From Ruminococcus flavefaciens (GTDB taxonomy: Bacteria > Bacillota > Clostridia > Oscillospirales > Ruminococcaceae), in assembly GCA_002310115.1 (NCBI GenBank), contig DBYI01000102.1, positions 4,732 through 68,731 of the forward strand: a stretch of 64,000 bases of DNA. Reading direction: 5' to 3'. The notes under the pieces are model-generated. The model made no database searches. It was given only the letters and a program-made list of their open reading frames with translations, and had not been told where the DNA came from. A program made the translations under genes and the position numbers. This document shows, in pieces, positions 9,820-19,049 of the stretch; positions within the stretch are counted from its first letter, which is position 1; every line of letters begins with the position of its first letter.

Positions 9820-10027
9820 TAGTATAATTTGCATAAATCTTATTTTTCACATACTTTTTTTCACAATTCTGTCAGATTATATGCCATATCTTCCACATTT
9901 GAAGACTTCCTTACACAAAGCTTTCCTCATGATTTCACATCGCCTTTCTTTAAATTACAAAAATATGGTGTATATTATAACCATAGGAACAAAATACACT
10001 CATCAGATAAGAAAGGGTGCATAATTT

Positions 10028-11500
10028 ATGAATATCACGTTAAAGAAAACTGCGGCAAGTCTAGCAGTACTAATAATGGCTCTCAGCGCTTTTACAAGTT
10101 GTTCGGATAACAGCGTAAGTCAAGAATACCCAATAAAGGCTGTAAGTTCGGCGGACACTGCCGTAGAAGCTGACAAGACAGAAAAAACTACCAAGTCGAA
10201 AATAACAGCTTCAAAGAGCAGCTCTGCAACTGTAATAAATACTGCAAATCTATTCTCGGATCGCGATCTTTTACAGACTTATAATACATCAGATGCAGAA
10301 GAAATTACTGTTTCCGACGGCAAAACTATTGATATAACCGACGAAGGAGTTTATATAATCAGCGGCAATGCTAAAAACTGCACTATAAAAGTAAACGCAG
10401 ACAAAAGTGCAAAAATACAGTTGGTTATAGACGGAGCTGAAATAGAAAATGATAACTTTCCAACGATTTATGTTGTTTCCTGTGACAAGGTCTTTATCAC
10501 CACAACAGAAAAGGGAGGTTCACTTGCGGTAAATAGTGAGTTCTCTTCTGACAACGATACCAATACTGATGCTGTTATTTTTGCCAAGAGCGACCTTGTT
10601 CTCAATGGAACAGATACTCTTACAATTTATTCCGCCTATGGAAACGGAATTTCCACTAAGGACGACTTAAAAATAACAGGCGGTACATATAAAATGACCA
10701 CGGCTAAAGACGCCTTTGAGGCAAACGACTCAATTTCAATATATAACGGAAACTTCTCTATCAAGACCAACAAGGACGGTTTTCACAGTGAAAACAGCGA
10801 GGACGATACCCTCGGACAAGTATATATTTCGAACGGTAGTTTTGAAATAAACGCTAAAAGCGATGGTATACAAGGAACTACATACGTTCAAATAGACGGA
10901 GGAACATTTGATATAACAGCACAGGAGGGAATTGAAGCCACATATGTACAGATAAACGACGGAAATATCACTATTGATGCCTCCGATGATGGTATTAATG
11001 CTTCACGTAAGAGTTCTGCCTGCGATATTGTTATAGAATTCAACGGTGGTGAAACTACTATAACTATGGGTCAAGGCGATACCGACGGAGTCGACTCAAA
11101 CGGAATGATAATCGTAAATGGCGGTACCATCAACGTTACTGCACAGTTGTCATCTTTCGACTACGACAGCTCTGCCGAGTTTAACGGTGGTACTATAATA
11201 ATAAACGGAGAAGAGGTTGATGAGATACCACAGTCTATGATGGGCGGTCCCGGTGGCCACGGCAACTTTGGTGGTGGCAGACCTGACGGTAACTTTACAC
11301 CTCCCGAGGGCTTTTCTGACAGTGATTTTACGCCTCCAGATGGCTTCCCCGATAGTTTTGGCACTAAATCAGACATAAATGAAAAGTTCGGTAAAAGCGA
11401 AGATTTCAACGGCAAGCGTGGCAGCTTCAATGGAGGACAATTTGATGGCTTTGGCGAAAAAAATAAGACCGAAACAGGCGGATATATTGAAAGAACTTGA
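10028..11500 (+). CDS. Carbohydrate-binding beta-helix lipoprotein (Cthe_2159/DUF4353-like)
   Basis: Lipobox FTSC; repeated I.GG..I....DGI beta-helix motifs; DG.DSNG; Gly/Pro-rich tail. Confidence 0.8.
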   Translation: MNITLKKTAASLAVLIMALSAFTSCSDNSVSQEYPIKAVSSADTAVEADKTEKTTKSKITASKSSSATVINTANLFSDRDLLQTYNTSDAEEITVSDGKTIDITDEGVYIISGNAKNCTIKVNADKSAKIQLVIDGAEIENDNFPTIYVVSCDKVFITTTEKGGSLAVNSEFSSDNDTNTDAVIFAKSDLVLNGTDTLTIYSAYGNGISTKDDLKITGGTYKMTTAKDAFEANDSISIYNGNFSIKTNKDGFHSENSEDDTLGQVYISNGSFEINAKSDGIQGTTYVQIDGGTFDITAQEGIEATYVQINDGNITIDASDDGINASRKSSACDIVIEFNGGETTITMGQGDTDGVDSNGMIIVNGGTINVTAQLSSFDYDSSAEFNGGTIIINGEEVDEIPQSMMGGPGGHGNFGGGRPDGNFTPPEGFSDSDFTPPDGFPDSFGTKSDINEKFGKSEDFNGKRGSFNGGQFDGFGEKNKTETGGYIERT

Positions 11501-11530
11501 TGTTTTTCATCCTTCCCATTAATAATATAC

Positions 11531-11568
11531 AAGCAAGAGCGTGATATTGTTTCACGCTCTTTTGCTCT
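11531..11568 (+). terminator. Intrinsic terminator
   Basis: AAGAGCGTGA/TCACGCTCTT hairpin plus TT. Confidence 0.7.
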
Positions 11569-11606
11569 ATTCACTTATAATAGATTAAAAAAATCTATTT
11601 TCCGCC

Positions 11607-11675
11607 CAGTCGAGTCTTCAAGTTGACTTTACGAGAGGAAGCCCCCGCCTCTTCTAGACGGTGGGAGGATGTCAC
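11607..11675 (+). mobile_element. Remnant right end of an IS200/IS605 (tnpB-type) element
   Basis: GAAGCCCCCGCCTCTTCTAGACGGTGGGAGGATGTCAC (11638-11675): GC hairpin ending in TCAC, resembling Firmicute tnpB-element right ends; no tnpA/tnpB ORF. Confidence 0.55.
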
Positions 11676-11748
11676 ACACAATCATCTCACGAAATAGTAT
11701 GTGAACCTCTCTCCTGATATAACAACATCAAAGCTTACTGACACACCT

Positions 11749-11776
11749 AAAAGGGACGGCAAAAATGCCGTCCCTG
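11749..11776. terminator. Terminator-like hairpin after the LRR gene
   Basis: AGGGACGGCA/TGCCGTCCCT with A run on the left (T tail on minus strand). Confidence 0.7.
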
Positions 11777-11781
11777 CTGCA

Positions 11782-13566
11782 TTATATGAAAAGTGTACTG
11801 AAACCGTGTTCGCGCGCATAACGCTCGGCCTTTTTGCGGTTTATCTGCTTAAGTATCCTTATAGTCGCCTTGTGACCCTTTCTTATAAGATCTAGAGGAA
11901 TGTTTTCATCGTCAAATTCGCTGATATTGATATTGCAAAGGCTCTCGCAGCCACAAAATGCATCCTCTTTGATATCCTTTGTATACATGCTTATTTTTAG
12001 ATCCATAAGATTCTGGCAGCCGTAAAACGCCCAATTGCTTATGGTCTTTACTGTATCTGGAATAGTTACCTGCTCAAGAGACCTGCACCATGAAAAAGCG
12101 CTTTCTCCGATAGATACTACCGAATCAGAAATAATCACCTTTTTAAGACTGTAGCATTCAGAAAATGCTGCATTTCCTATTGATTCAACAGAACCCGATA
12201 TAACTATTCTTCTAAGCCGCTTACATGAGAAGAACATCAAATCACTTATCTTCTGCAAGTACGCAGGAAGAACCACGCTTTCAAGTCCATTGCAGCGTCC
12301 AAAAGCCCCCTTGCCTATACGCTTTATAGACTCGGGAAAATTCAGCTCTTTAAGATTAAGACACTTTAAAAATGCATTCTCACCGATAGACTCAAGGTTT
12401 TTTGAAAAAACTATCTCCTCTAGGTTGAAACAGTGGCAAAAAGCAAATTTCTCTATCATGCGAACGCTGTCCGACATAATTATACGCTTTACAGTCTCAT
12501 TTCCACGAAATGCATACTTTCCGATAACGCTGACCTTTTCGGGAATGGTAATAGATTCGGTAGTTCCAACATACTTAACGAGAGTTCCATTTTTATCGAT
12601 AGCCATGTTGTTGACATCATCTATCTCAATGTTTTCGTCATGTATAAGGTCACCGTATTTCTCATAATCGCTCTTATTTTCATCTTTTTGCGGCTTCTCA
12701 GACTTATTTTCAGCTTTTTTAGAAACTTCAGGCTGCTTTTCTTCCGCATTTATTTCATTTTTATCAGATTCGGACTCTTGTTCTTCTGCCTTTTCATCTT
12801 TCTTAAGAGCTTCAGGCTTATTATCTTCTGCCTTTTCGTCCTTTTTAGGAGCCTCAAGCTTAATTTCTTCTGCCTTTTTAGGAGTCTCAGGCTTCTTTTC
12901 TTCTGCCTTTTCGTCCTTTTTAGGAGCTTCAGGTTTCTTTTCCACTGCCTTTTCGTCCTTTTTAGGAGCTTCAGGCTTCTTTTCTTCTGTCTTTTCGTCC
13001 TTTTTAGAAGCTTCAGGCTTCTTTTCCTCTGCCTTTATATCCTTTTTAGAAACTTCAGGCTTCTTTTCTTCTGTCTTTTCGTCCTTTTTAGAAGCTTCAG
13101 GCTTCTTTTCCTCTGCCTTTTCGTCCTTTTTAGGAGCTTCAGGCTTCTTTTCCTCTGCCTTCATATCCTTTTTAGGAACTTCAGGCTTCTTTTCCTCTGC
13201 CTTTTCGTCCTTTTTAGGAACTTCAGGCTTCTTTTCCTCTGCCTTTTCGTCCTTTTTAGGAGCTTCAGGTTTCTTTTCTTCTGCTTTCCCGTCTATTTTC
13301 GAGAGTCCAGGCATTATTATCTCTGACTTCTCCTCTTTTTCAACAGAAGCTGACTTCTGCTCAGACTTTACCTTGGACTGAGTTTCAGCAGACCTTTCCT
13401 CAATATCTAAATTATGATGAGCTCTTACAGCCCTCACCTTTACGATCTTTGCTTTTTTGGGAGCTATACCACTCTCTGCTACTCTGATCTCGCCTGAGCA
13501 GTAGGGACAGGTCTCGTATTTATCAGCATCGTAAAGATGCTTTTCGGGACATCTTGTCATTTTCAT
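11782..13566 (-). CDS. BspA-type leucine-rich repeat protein with N-terminal Cys/His motif and charged tandem repeats
   Basis: C-terminal I.IP.SV..IG..AF..C..L repeats (LRR_5); N-terminal C..KH.YD..KY..CPYC; central 14-aa repeats. Confidence 0.8.
   Translation of the reverse strand: MKMTRCPEKHLYDADKYETCPYCSGEIRVAESGIAPKKAKIVKVRAVRAHHNLDIEERSAETQSKVKSEQKSASVEKEEKSEIIMPGLSKIDGKAEEKKPEAPKKDEKAEEKKPEVPKKDEKAEEKKPEVPKKDMKAEEKKPEAPKKDEKAEEKKPEASKKDEKTEEKKPEVSKKDIKAEEKKPEASKKDEKTEEKKPEAPKKDEKAVEKKPEAPKKDEKAEEKKPETPKKAEEIKLEAPKKDEKAEDNKPEALKKDEKAEEQESESDKNEINAEEKQPEVSKKAENKSEKPQKDENKSDYEKYGDLIHDENIEIDDVNNMAIDKNGTLVKYVGTTESITIPEKVSVIGKYAFRGNETVKRIIMSDSVRMIEKFAFCHCFNLEEIVFSKNLESIGENAFLKCLNLKELNFPESIKRIGKGAFGRCNGLESVVLPAYLQKISDLMFFSCKRLRRIVISGSVESIGNAAFSECYSLKKVIISDSVVSIGESAFSWCRSLEQVTIPDTVKTISNWAFYGCQNLMDLKISMYTKDIKEDAFCGCESLCNINISEFDDENIPLDLIRKGHKATIRILKQINRKKAERYAREHGFSTLFI
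12790..13287 (-). repeat. 42-bp coding tandem repeat, about 12 copies of KAEEKKPE(A/V)(P/S)KKDE
   Basis: Directly visible in the DNA and the translation; one shortened unit. Confidence 0.95.
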
Positions 13567-13822
13567 TCTGTTATCACTCCATGTATCATTTTCTGCATTT
13601 CAAATTTTTACCAAAAAATGAATTCAACAATATAATTATATCATTTCATCGATAAAAAATCAACAAACACAGCTGTTTATGCTGAATTTTTGTAAAAAAT
13701 AACAGAACATGTCTTTTCCACAGTCTAAAAACAGGGCTTAAATACTCATTTTATGTATCCTCATTGTTCATTATGCACAAATAGCAACTTCCATATAAGC
13801 ATCACATATACGCTGTTAATCT

Positions 13823-16800
13823 TTACACGATTATCTCTGCGTGACTACCTCCGTTTTTTTCTTTGGTCACCACTATTTGCTTATCAATACGCTGTTTCAG
13901 CGCCTGAACATGTGAGATTATCCCAACAAGACGATGCCCGTCGGAAAGTCCTGCAAGAGCGCGCATTGCCTGTTCAATTGAATTATCGTCAAGCGAGCCA
14001 AAGCCCTCATCAACAAACATGGTATCAAGCTGTATTCCGCCTGCCGAGCACTGTATCTCATCAGAAAGGCCAAGTGCAAGGGAAAGAGAAGCTTTGAAAG
14101 ACTCACCGCCTGAAAGCGTCTTGACACTTCTCACAGAACCATTGTAATGGTCAATAACATCAAGATCAAGTCCTACCTGTGCCCGCTTATCGTCATACTC
14201 TGTCCGCCGTGTAAGTGAGTATTGCCCGTCCGACATCACTATCAAACGCTGATTAGCACGCTGTATTATCCTGTCAAAATAGGCAGTCTGAATGTATGTC
14301 TCGAGCATGAACTTACTTTGCTCCGAAAGCTTTCCATTAGCGGTATCTGACAAATTTTTCACCCATGAATAACGTGATTCCAGTTCTGACAGATCTGAGG
14401 AGTCATTCAAAATATTCTCAAGTGCGGTACTGTTTACAGCGACTCTTGTGTGAAGGTGTCTCAGCTTCGCCGTAAGTTGCGTCTTTTCAGCAGTAAGCCG
14501 TGATCTTTCCGCAAGCTCTTTTTCACCATCTATATCCGATAGATCATCGATATGTAACCTGAGCTGATCAATTTTGCCCGATAGAGCTGAGCATTCCTTT
14601 TCACTCTCATTTACAGCTTTTTCTGCAGCTTCATATGCGTTTCTTATCTCGGTGCACCGCTTTTTCAACGACAAAACGTAAATCTTTGCATTTTCATCGC
14701 TCTCAAACCTAAGTCCGCTGCGCAGTTCCATAAACCTGTCCGTCATTTCTGAAAGCCTGCTTTCAGAAGCCGCTTTCCGTACTGTGATATTTGTTAGATT
14801 CTCATTGTACTCGGTTATCTCGTTTTCCAACTCAGGTATTATCTTTTCAAGGTCTTTCTTGCGAGATGACCTCTCATTTTCAGCCGCAAGCTGAGCCTCA
14901 ACACCTGCCATTCGAGCTTTAATCGCAACGCGCTCCGAAACAATCTTTTCACGTGCGTTCTCCATTAGGCAATCACCCAAAGCCGCCTCAACACCCTTTT
15001 CTGCGTCTGCTCGTAACTGCTTCAGCACGCCCTCTGCGTTGTCACATTTGCTGCGTAAATCCGCCAATGTCTTGTTGGAGTCTGAAACCGCCGTCATCGT
15101 ACCAACTTCCTGCTTTTCAAGAGACTCTATTTTACGGTCAAGCCTGTTCTTTTCAGCTATAAGCTTTTCTGCTTCAGTGAGCTTCTTTGACAGCACATTC
15201 AGCTCCACAGTACAGCTTTCTAGAGCTTTTTCACAGAGCTCCGAGCCCTTGTCCATACAACATTCCAACAACTCTTCAAGCCTTATCGTAAGAGTCTTTT
15301 CAAGCTCATCCGCTTTGGCTTTCATAGTTGAAGCTTCTGTACTTTTCTTTTCAGCTACATTACGTGCCTTTTCAAGTTTCGCTTTCATCCCCTCCAGCTC
15401 ACTTTCCGTTGGTGCTCCCACCTGCTTTTTCGCCGGAGACGGATGCTGGATAGCTCCACACACTGGGCATGGCTCTCCATCTTTCAGCGATTCTGCAAGT
15501 ACACCAGCCCTGTCATCAAGAAAGGCTCTGTAACTTCTCTCATATTCTTCAGAAAGCATAGATACACTCTCAGCGGTCTCGCGGTATAGATCTGCCGCTT
15601 CTTCATGCTCGCTGCAACGCTTTTCCCACTCTATGATGTCTGCCGAAAGCTTCTTCAGCTCAGCATAACGTTTACTCGTGCTTTCCTGACTGTGTAGCAA
15701 TTTTTCCTTTTCAGCATCGGCTCCCTCTATTTCGCTCCGCCTTTTTTTCAGCGCGTAGACTTCTCCTGTTAGGGCTTCGCATTTTTTCACAAGATTGTCG
15801 TGTTCTGCTTGATATTCCTTGTATTCAGCAGCCTTTTCTCTCAACGCACGAGATTCTCCCTCGTAATCGCCTATAAGCTTAGAAAGGGTGTAGAGCTCGG
15901 AAGCTCTGCGAACAAGTTCCTCACGCTCAGTTGTCAGTTTTGCGGTACTCTCCACTGTTACTTCAAGATCTGCGTACTCTTTTTTCAACTCCGCATGTCT
16001 TTTTTCGCATTTTTCCTTTTCTTTTATATTTTTTTCAAAGAGCTCGTTCAGAGTTGAAAGTTCCTTTCTCACTCCTGATATCTGACTTTGCTGCTCCGAA
16101 GCTTTCGCGTACAGAGGCATTTCTGCTTCAAGAGCAGCGATATCTTCTCTAAGGGTTTCAAGTTCGTTCTGACGGCCTTTTTCCTTTTCAAGCCGCTCCG
16201 AAAGGAGTTTGCCACGCTGACTTATATCATCAAGCTGTCGAGCAGTCCGCTCCTTTTCAACAAGCATTTTATTCTTTTCCTCTGCCTTTGAGATACGTCC
16301 ATTAACCTCGCCCAGCTTTTGATCAGTTATCTCACTTTCACGAGTGAATACCTCCACCTGTGCCTTATCACGTGTAATGAGCTTTGTAACGGCCTCCTTT
16401 ATAAACTCAACAGGTGGAATCTCCTCCTTGAGCTTTTCAACTTCTGAGAAGTACTCGTCGTCCTCATCGCATGATATTCCGCTAACATACTGTCTCAGGC
16501 CCTCACGACGCTTGTCACACTCACCTTTTAAAGTAACGCTTTCTTGTCTGAGTGATTCCTGCAGAGTCTGATAGTTGCTTGTTTTAAATATGTGGCGAAG
16601 TATCTCACGGCGCTGAGAGGTATCTTCTGTTATCAGCTTCATGAAGTCGCCCTGTGCTATCATTGCTATCTGCTTGAACTGCTTCTCTGAGAGTCCGATG
16701 ACATCAGCAACTGCCGCTTCTACGTCCCTTTTGCCCGAAACAACCTTTCCATCAGGATAAGTAAATACCGCATTGGCAGGTTGTTGTGCAACTCCGCCGC

Positions 16801-17116
16801 CACGCTTTGCCTGACGGACATAGGATGGATTGCGGTTTATCTTGTATCGCTTTCCTGCATAGTCAAACTCCAGTTCAACATAGGTAGGAGTATCTATAGC
16901 CGCATATTTTGATCTAAGCATACTGTCGTCATCGCGGTTGTCGCCGCTGGCACTGCCATAAAGGGCATAAGTTATAGCATCAAAGATAGTAGTTTTTCCT
17001 GCCCCCGTATCTCCCGTTATCAGATAAAGCCCCTTATCGCCGAGAGCCCCGAGATTGAGGGAAGTCACCCCCGAATATGGTCCGAATCCAGATATTTCAA
17101 GTCTAATAGGTCTCAT
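13823..17116 (-). CDS. sbcC: SbcC/Rad50-like SMC ATPase
   Basis: Walker A GDTGAGKT, CPVCG zinc hook, LSGGES signature, DEGFGSLD; ATGA overlap with the sbcD stop places the start at 17116. Confidence 0.95.
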   Translation of the reverse strand: MRPIRLEISGFGPYSGVTSLNLGALGDKGLYLITGDTGAGKTTIFDAITYALYGSASGDNRDDDSMLRSKYAAIDTPTYVELEFDYAGKRYKINRNPSYVRQAKRGGGVAQQPANAVFTYPDGKVVSGKRDVEAAVADVIGLSEKQFKQIAMIAQGDFMKLITEDTSQRREILRHIFKTSNYQTLQESLRQESVTLKGECDKRREGLRQYVSGISCDEDDEYFSEVEKLKEEIPPVEFIKEAVTKLITRDKAQVEVFTRESEITDQKLGEVNGRISKAEEKNKMLVEKERTARQLDDISQRGKLLSERLEKEKGRQNELETLREDIAALEAEMPLYAKASEQQSQISGVRKELSTLNELFEKNIKEKEKCEKRHAELKKEYADLEVTVESTAKLTTEREELVRRASELYTLSKLIGDYEGESRALREKAAEYKEYQAEHDNLVKKCEALTGEVYALKKRRSEIEGADAEKEKLLHSQESTSKRYAELKKLSADIIEWEKRCSEHEEAADLYRETAESVSMLSEEYERSYRAFLDDRAGVLAESLKDGEPCPVCGAIQHPSPAKKQVGAPTESELEGMKAKLEKARNVAEKKSTEASTMKAKADELEKTLTIRLEELLECCMDKGSELCEKALESCTVELNVLSKKLTEAEKLIAEKNRLDRKIESLEKQEVGTMTAVSDSNKTLADLRSKCDNAEGVLKQLRADAEKGVEAALGDCLMENAREKIVSERVAIKARMAGVEAQLAAENERSSRKKDLEKIIPELENEITEYNENLTNITVRKAASESRLSEMTDRFMELRSGLRFESDENAKIYVLSLKKRCTEIRNAYEAAEKAVNESEKECSALSGKIDQLRLHIDDLSDIDGEKELAERSRLTAEKTQLTAKLRHLHTRVAVNSTALENILNDSSDLSELESRYSWVKNLSDTANGKLSEQSKFMLETYIQTAYFDRIIQRANQRLIVMSDGQYSLTRRTEYDDKRAQVGLDLDVIDHYNGSVRSVKTLSGGESFKASLSLALGLSDEIQCSAGGIQLDTMFVDEGFGSLDDNSIEQAMRALAGLSDGHRLVGIISHVQALKQRIDKQIVVTKEKNGGSHAEIIV

Positions 17117-18249
17117 GCCTCTCCCCTCCATATCCTCTCAATAAGCAACTGTGCGAGCTGCCGCTGCTGCTCAGACATATCGCCGCCATTACTGAATTTG
17201 TAAAACTCCTCAAAAAGCTCTATTGGCTGTCTGTTTTCAGCTTCCGCTGTTCCCATACTGTCATGGGCACTGCGTGTGCGTCGATTATCGTATTCTATCA
17301 TCATTATATTCCGGTAAATTGCCCTGAGCTTTCCCATTGCCTCAGGAACTTCCTCATCATCTGTAAGGATAACGCGAAGATAGTCCTCTTTATTTTCTTT
17401 TCTGCTAAACTCAGCTGAACAAATCTCATCAAATGTACCACGTATCTCGCGCATATCACGCATAGGTTTGAGTGGTACCGTTCTTATTTCGAGACTCCCC
17501 TTTTCACGGAACTCCGCAACTGTCACGGACTTGATCTGCTTAGCCTCAGAAAATGAGTATTTCAGCGGAGTTCCGCAGTAACGGATACGCTCGCTGCCCA
17601 CGTTCTGCGGACCATGAATATGGCCAAGGGCTACATAGTCAAAGCCATCAAAAGCTGAGCTGTCCACATTGTCCGAACCGCCCACAGATATCTCCTCTGA
17701 GTCGCTTTTCTGAGCTCCCGTTACGAACTGGTGAGTAACAATAATATTCCTCTTGGTAAAATCTATTTCCATTGCATCAATTGCAGCGTTTACCGCATCA
17801 GTATAGCTTTCAATTTCAGTTTCCGGGAAAAATCTACGTACTGACAGTGGTTTAATAAATGGAAGCATATACACACAGAACTCACCATACTCGTCGTTAA
17901 TAACAGTAGGAACAATACTTCCATTATATACGGGTGACATATGTATACCGCTCTTTTCCATTATATGGCTGCCGAAAGCTATTCGCTCTGCTGAATCATG
18001 ATTTCCGCTAATAGAGAAAACATTATCCGTCAAAGACGCAACTCTTGTTAGGAAATCGTCAAAAAGCCTTACAGCTTCCGCAGAAGGTACAGGTTTATCA
18101 TATATATCACCTGCTATTATAACTATATCAGGCTGTTCTTTTGCAATTACTCCGCATATTTCATTCAAGATATACTCCTGATCCTCTATAAGCGAAAACT
18201 CATTCAGCCTCTTTCCAAGATGAAGATCTGATAAATGTATAAGCTTCAT
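17113..18249 (-). CDS. sbcD: SbcD/Mre11 nuclease
   Basis: HLSDLHLG, AGDIYD, SGNHDS, LGHIH phosphoesterase motifs. Confidence 0.96.
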   Translation of the reverse strand: MKLIHLSDLHLGKRLNEFSLIEDQEYILNEICGVIAKEQPDIVIIAGDIYDKPVPSAEAVRLFDDFLTRVASLTDNVFSISGNHDSAERIAFGSHIMEKSGIHMSPVYNGSIVPTVINDEYGEFCVYMLPFIKPLSVRRFFPETEIESYTDAVNAAIDAMEIDFTKRNIIVTHQFVTGAQKSDSEEISVGGSDNVDSSAFDGFDYVALGHIHGPQNVGSERIRYCGTPLKYSFSEAKQIKSVTVAEFREKGSLEIRTVPLKPMRDMREIRGTFDEICSAEFSRKENKEDYLRVILTDDEEVPEAMGKLRAIYRNIMMIEYDNRRTRSAHDSMGTAEAENRQPIELFEEFYKFSNGGDMSEQQRQLAQLLIERIWRGEA

Positions 18250-18280
18250 AAAAACTCCCCTCGCCGCATTATATAATTAA

Positions 18281-18309
18281 ATTATAGCCTGTTTGCAGGG
18301 TATTGTCAA
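18281..18309 (-). promoter_or_regulatory. Sigma-A promoter of sbcDC
   Basis: TTGACA-17 bp-TATAAT on the minus strand. Confidence 0.8.
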
Positions 18310-18333
18310 CGAAGATATAACATGGTATACTCA

Positions 18334-18365
18334 ACAAATGCACAGTCGCAAGACTGTGCATTTGT
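18334..18365 (-). terminator. Terminator of the rtcB operon
   Basis: Perfect 14-bp stem ACAAATGCACAGTC/GACTGTGCATTTGT with a 4-nt loop, 5 nt after the small ORF stop. Confidence 0.75.
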
Positions 18366-18370
18366 GACAA

Positions 18371-18538
18371 TTATTCATCAAAGCTTTCCTTGTGCTTCGG
18401 CTTACGCCTGTAGCGCCTTTTGTCGGAATCCACAACCTTTGTGGCAGGATCGACACCATTCCAGTTACCGCGCTTTGAGGAGTCTATCTTCTTTTTCTCC
18501 TTTTTGCTCATTTTATCATATGATACGAATTTGTCCAT
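18371..18538 (-). CDS. Small basic protein (55 aa), possibly ArfA/BrfA-like
   Basis: Below the ORF-track cutoff. MDKFVSYDKMSKKEKKKIDSSKRGNWNGVDPATKVVDSDKRRYRRKPKHKESFDE; strong SD GAAAGGAG overlapping the GNAT stop; terminator directly after. Function is inference. Confidence 0.8.
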   Translation of the reverse strand: MDKFVSYDKMSKKEKKKIDSSKRGNWNGVDPATKVVDSDKRRYRRKPKHKESFDE

Positions 18539-18550
18539 AATTTTCTCCTT

Positions 18551-18994
18551 TCATATTTCTAACATGAAAAGCTGTTCCTTATCGCTGTAAATAGTCTCAT
18601 AGTCACCAATGAAAACAAAGCCATACTTCTCATACATTCCTTTTTCGCTGCTCATAACATAAATCTTGTCATATCCGATACTTTTTGAATATTCTACGAC
18701 TTTGCGTATCATCTTTTCAGATATTCTCCTGCCTCTGAAAGTTTCGTCAACAAATACGAAACCTACCAACGGAGAATATGGGTATTTCGGGTCAAGCTCG
18801 TCCTTTTCCGTAAGTGTGCAGAAGCCTATAATCTTATTGTCGTCATAGGCGGCAAAAACACGCTCCCAGTCATTGAAGGAATTGCTCCTCATTAACTTTG
18901 CAAGGTACTTTCCTGCCCTCCATGAACACTTTTCAGCAAAAGATGCGACTCTTTCCCATTTTTCATGTGTATTTGTAATTATATGTATTTCCAT
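18551..18994 (-). CDS. GNAT family N-acetyltransferase
   Basis: VFVDETFRGRRIS acetyl-CoA motif A and MYEKYGF motif B. Confidence 0.85.
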   Translation of the reverse strand: MEIHIITNTHEKWERVASFAEKCSWRAGKYLAKLMRSNSFNDWERVFAAYDDNKIIGFCTLTEKDELDPKYPYSPLVGFVFVDETFRGRRISEKMIRKVVEYSKSIGYDKIYVMSSEKGMYEKYGFVFIGDYETIYSDKEQLFMLEI

Positions 18995-19049
18995 TTAATC
19001 TCCTAAAATCAAGTTATTACAGAAACGTCAAAGGAACGTTCTACATGTT

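Noticed and set aside
12790..13287. Possible CRISPR array
   Set aside because: Repeats are contiguous, in frame and lack unique spacers; no cas genes
12433..13326. 297-aa F/L/R-rich ORF on the plus strand
   Set aside because: Antisense shadow of the 42-bp coding repeat in the LRR gene
13823..18249. SbcCD as an SMC-based defence system (Wadjet/Lamassu)
   Set aside because: Ordinary sbcD-sbcC pair with zinc hook and no effector or kleisin genes
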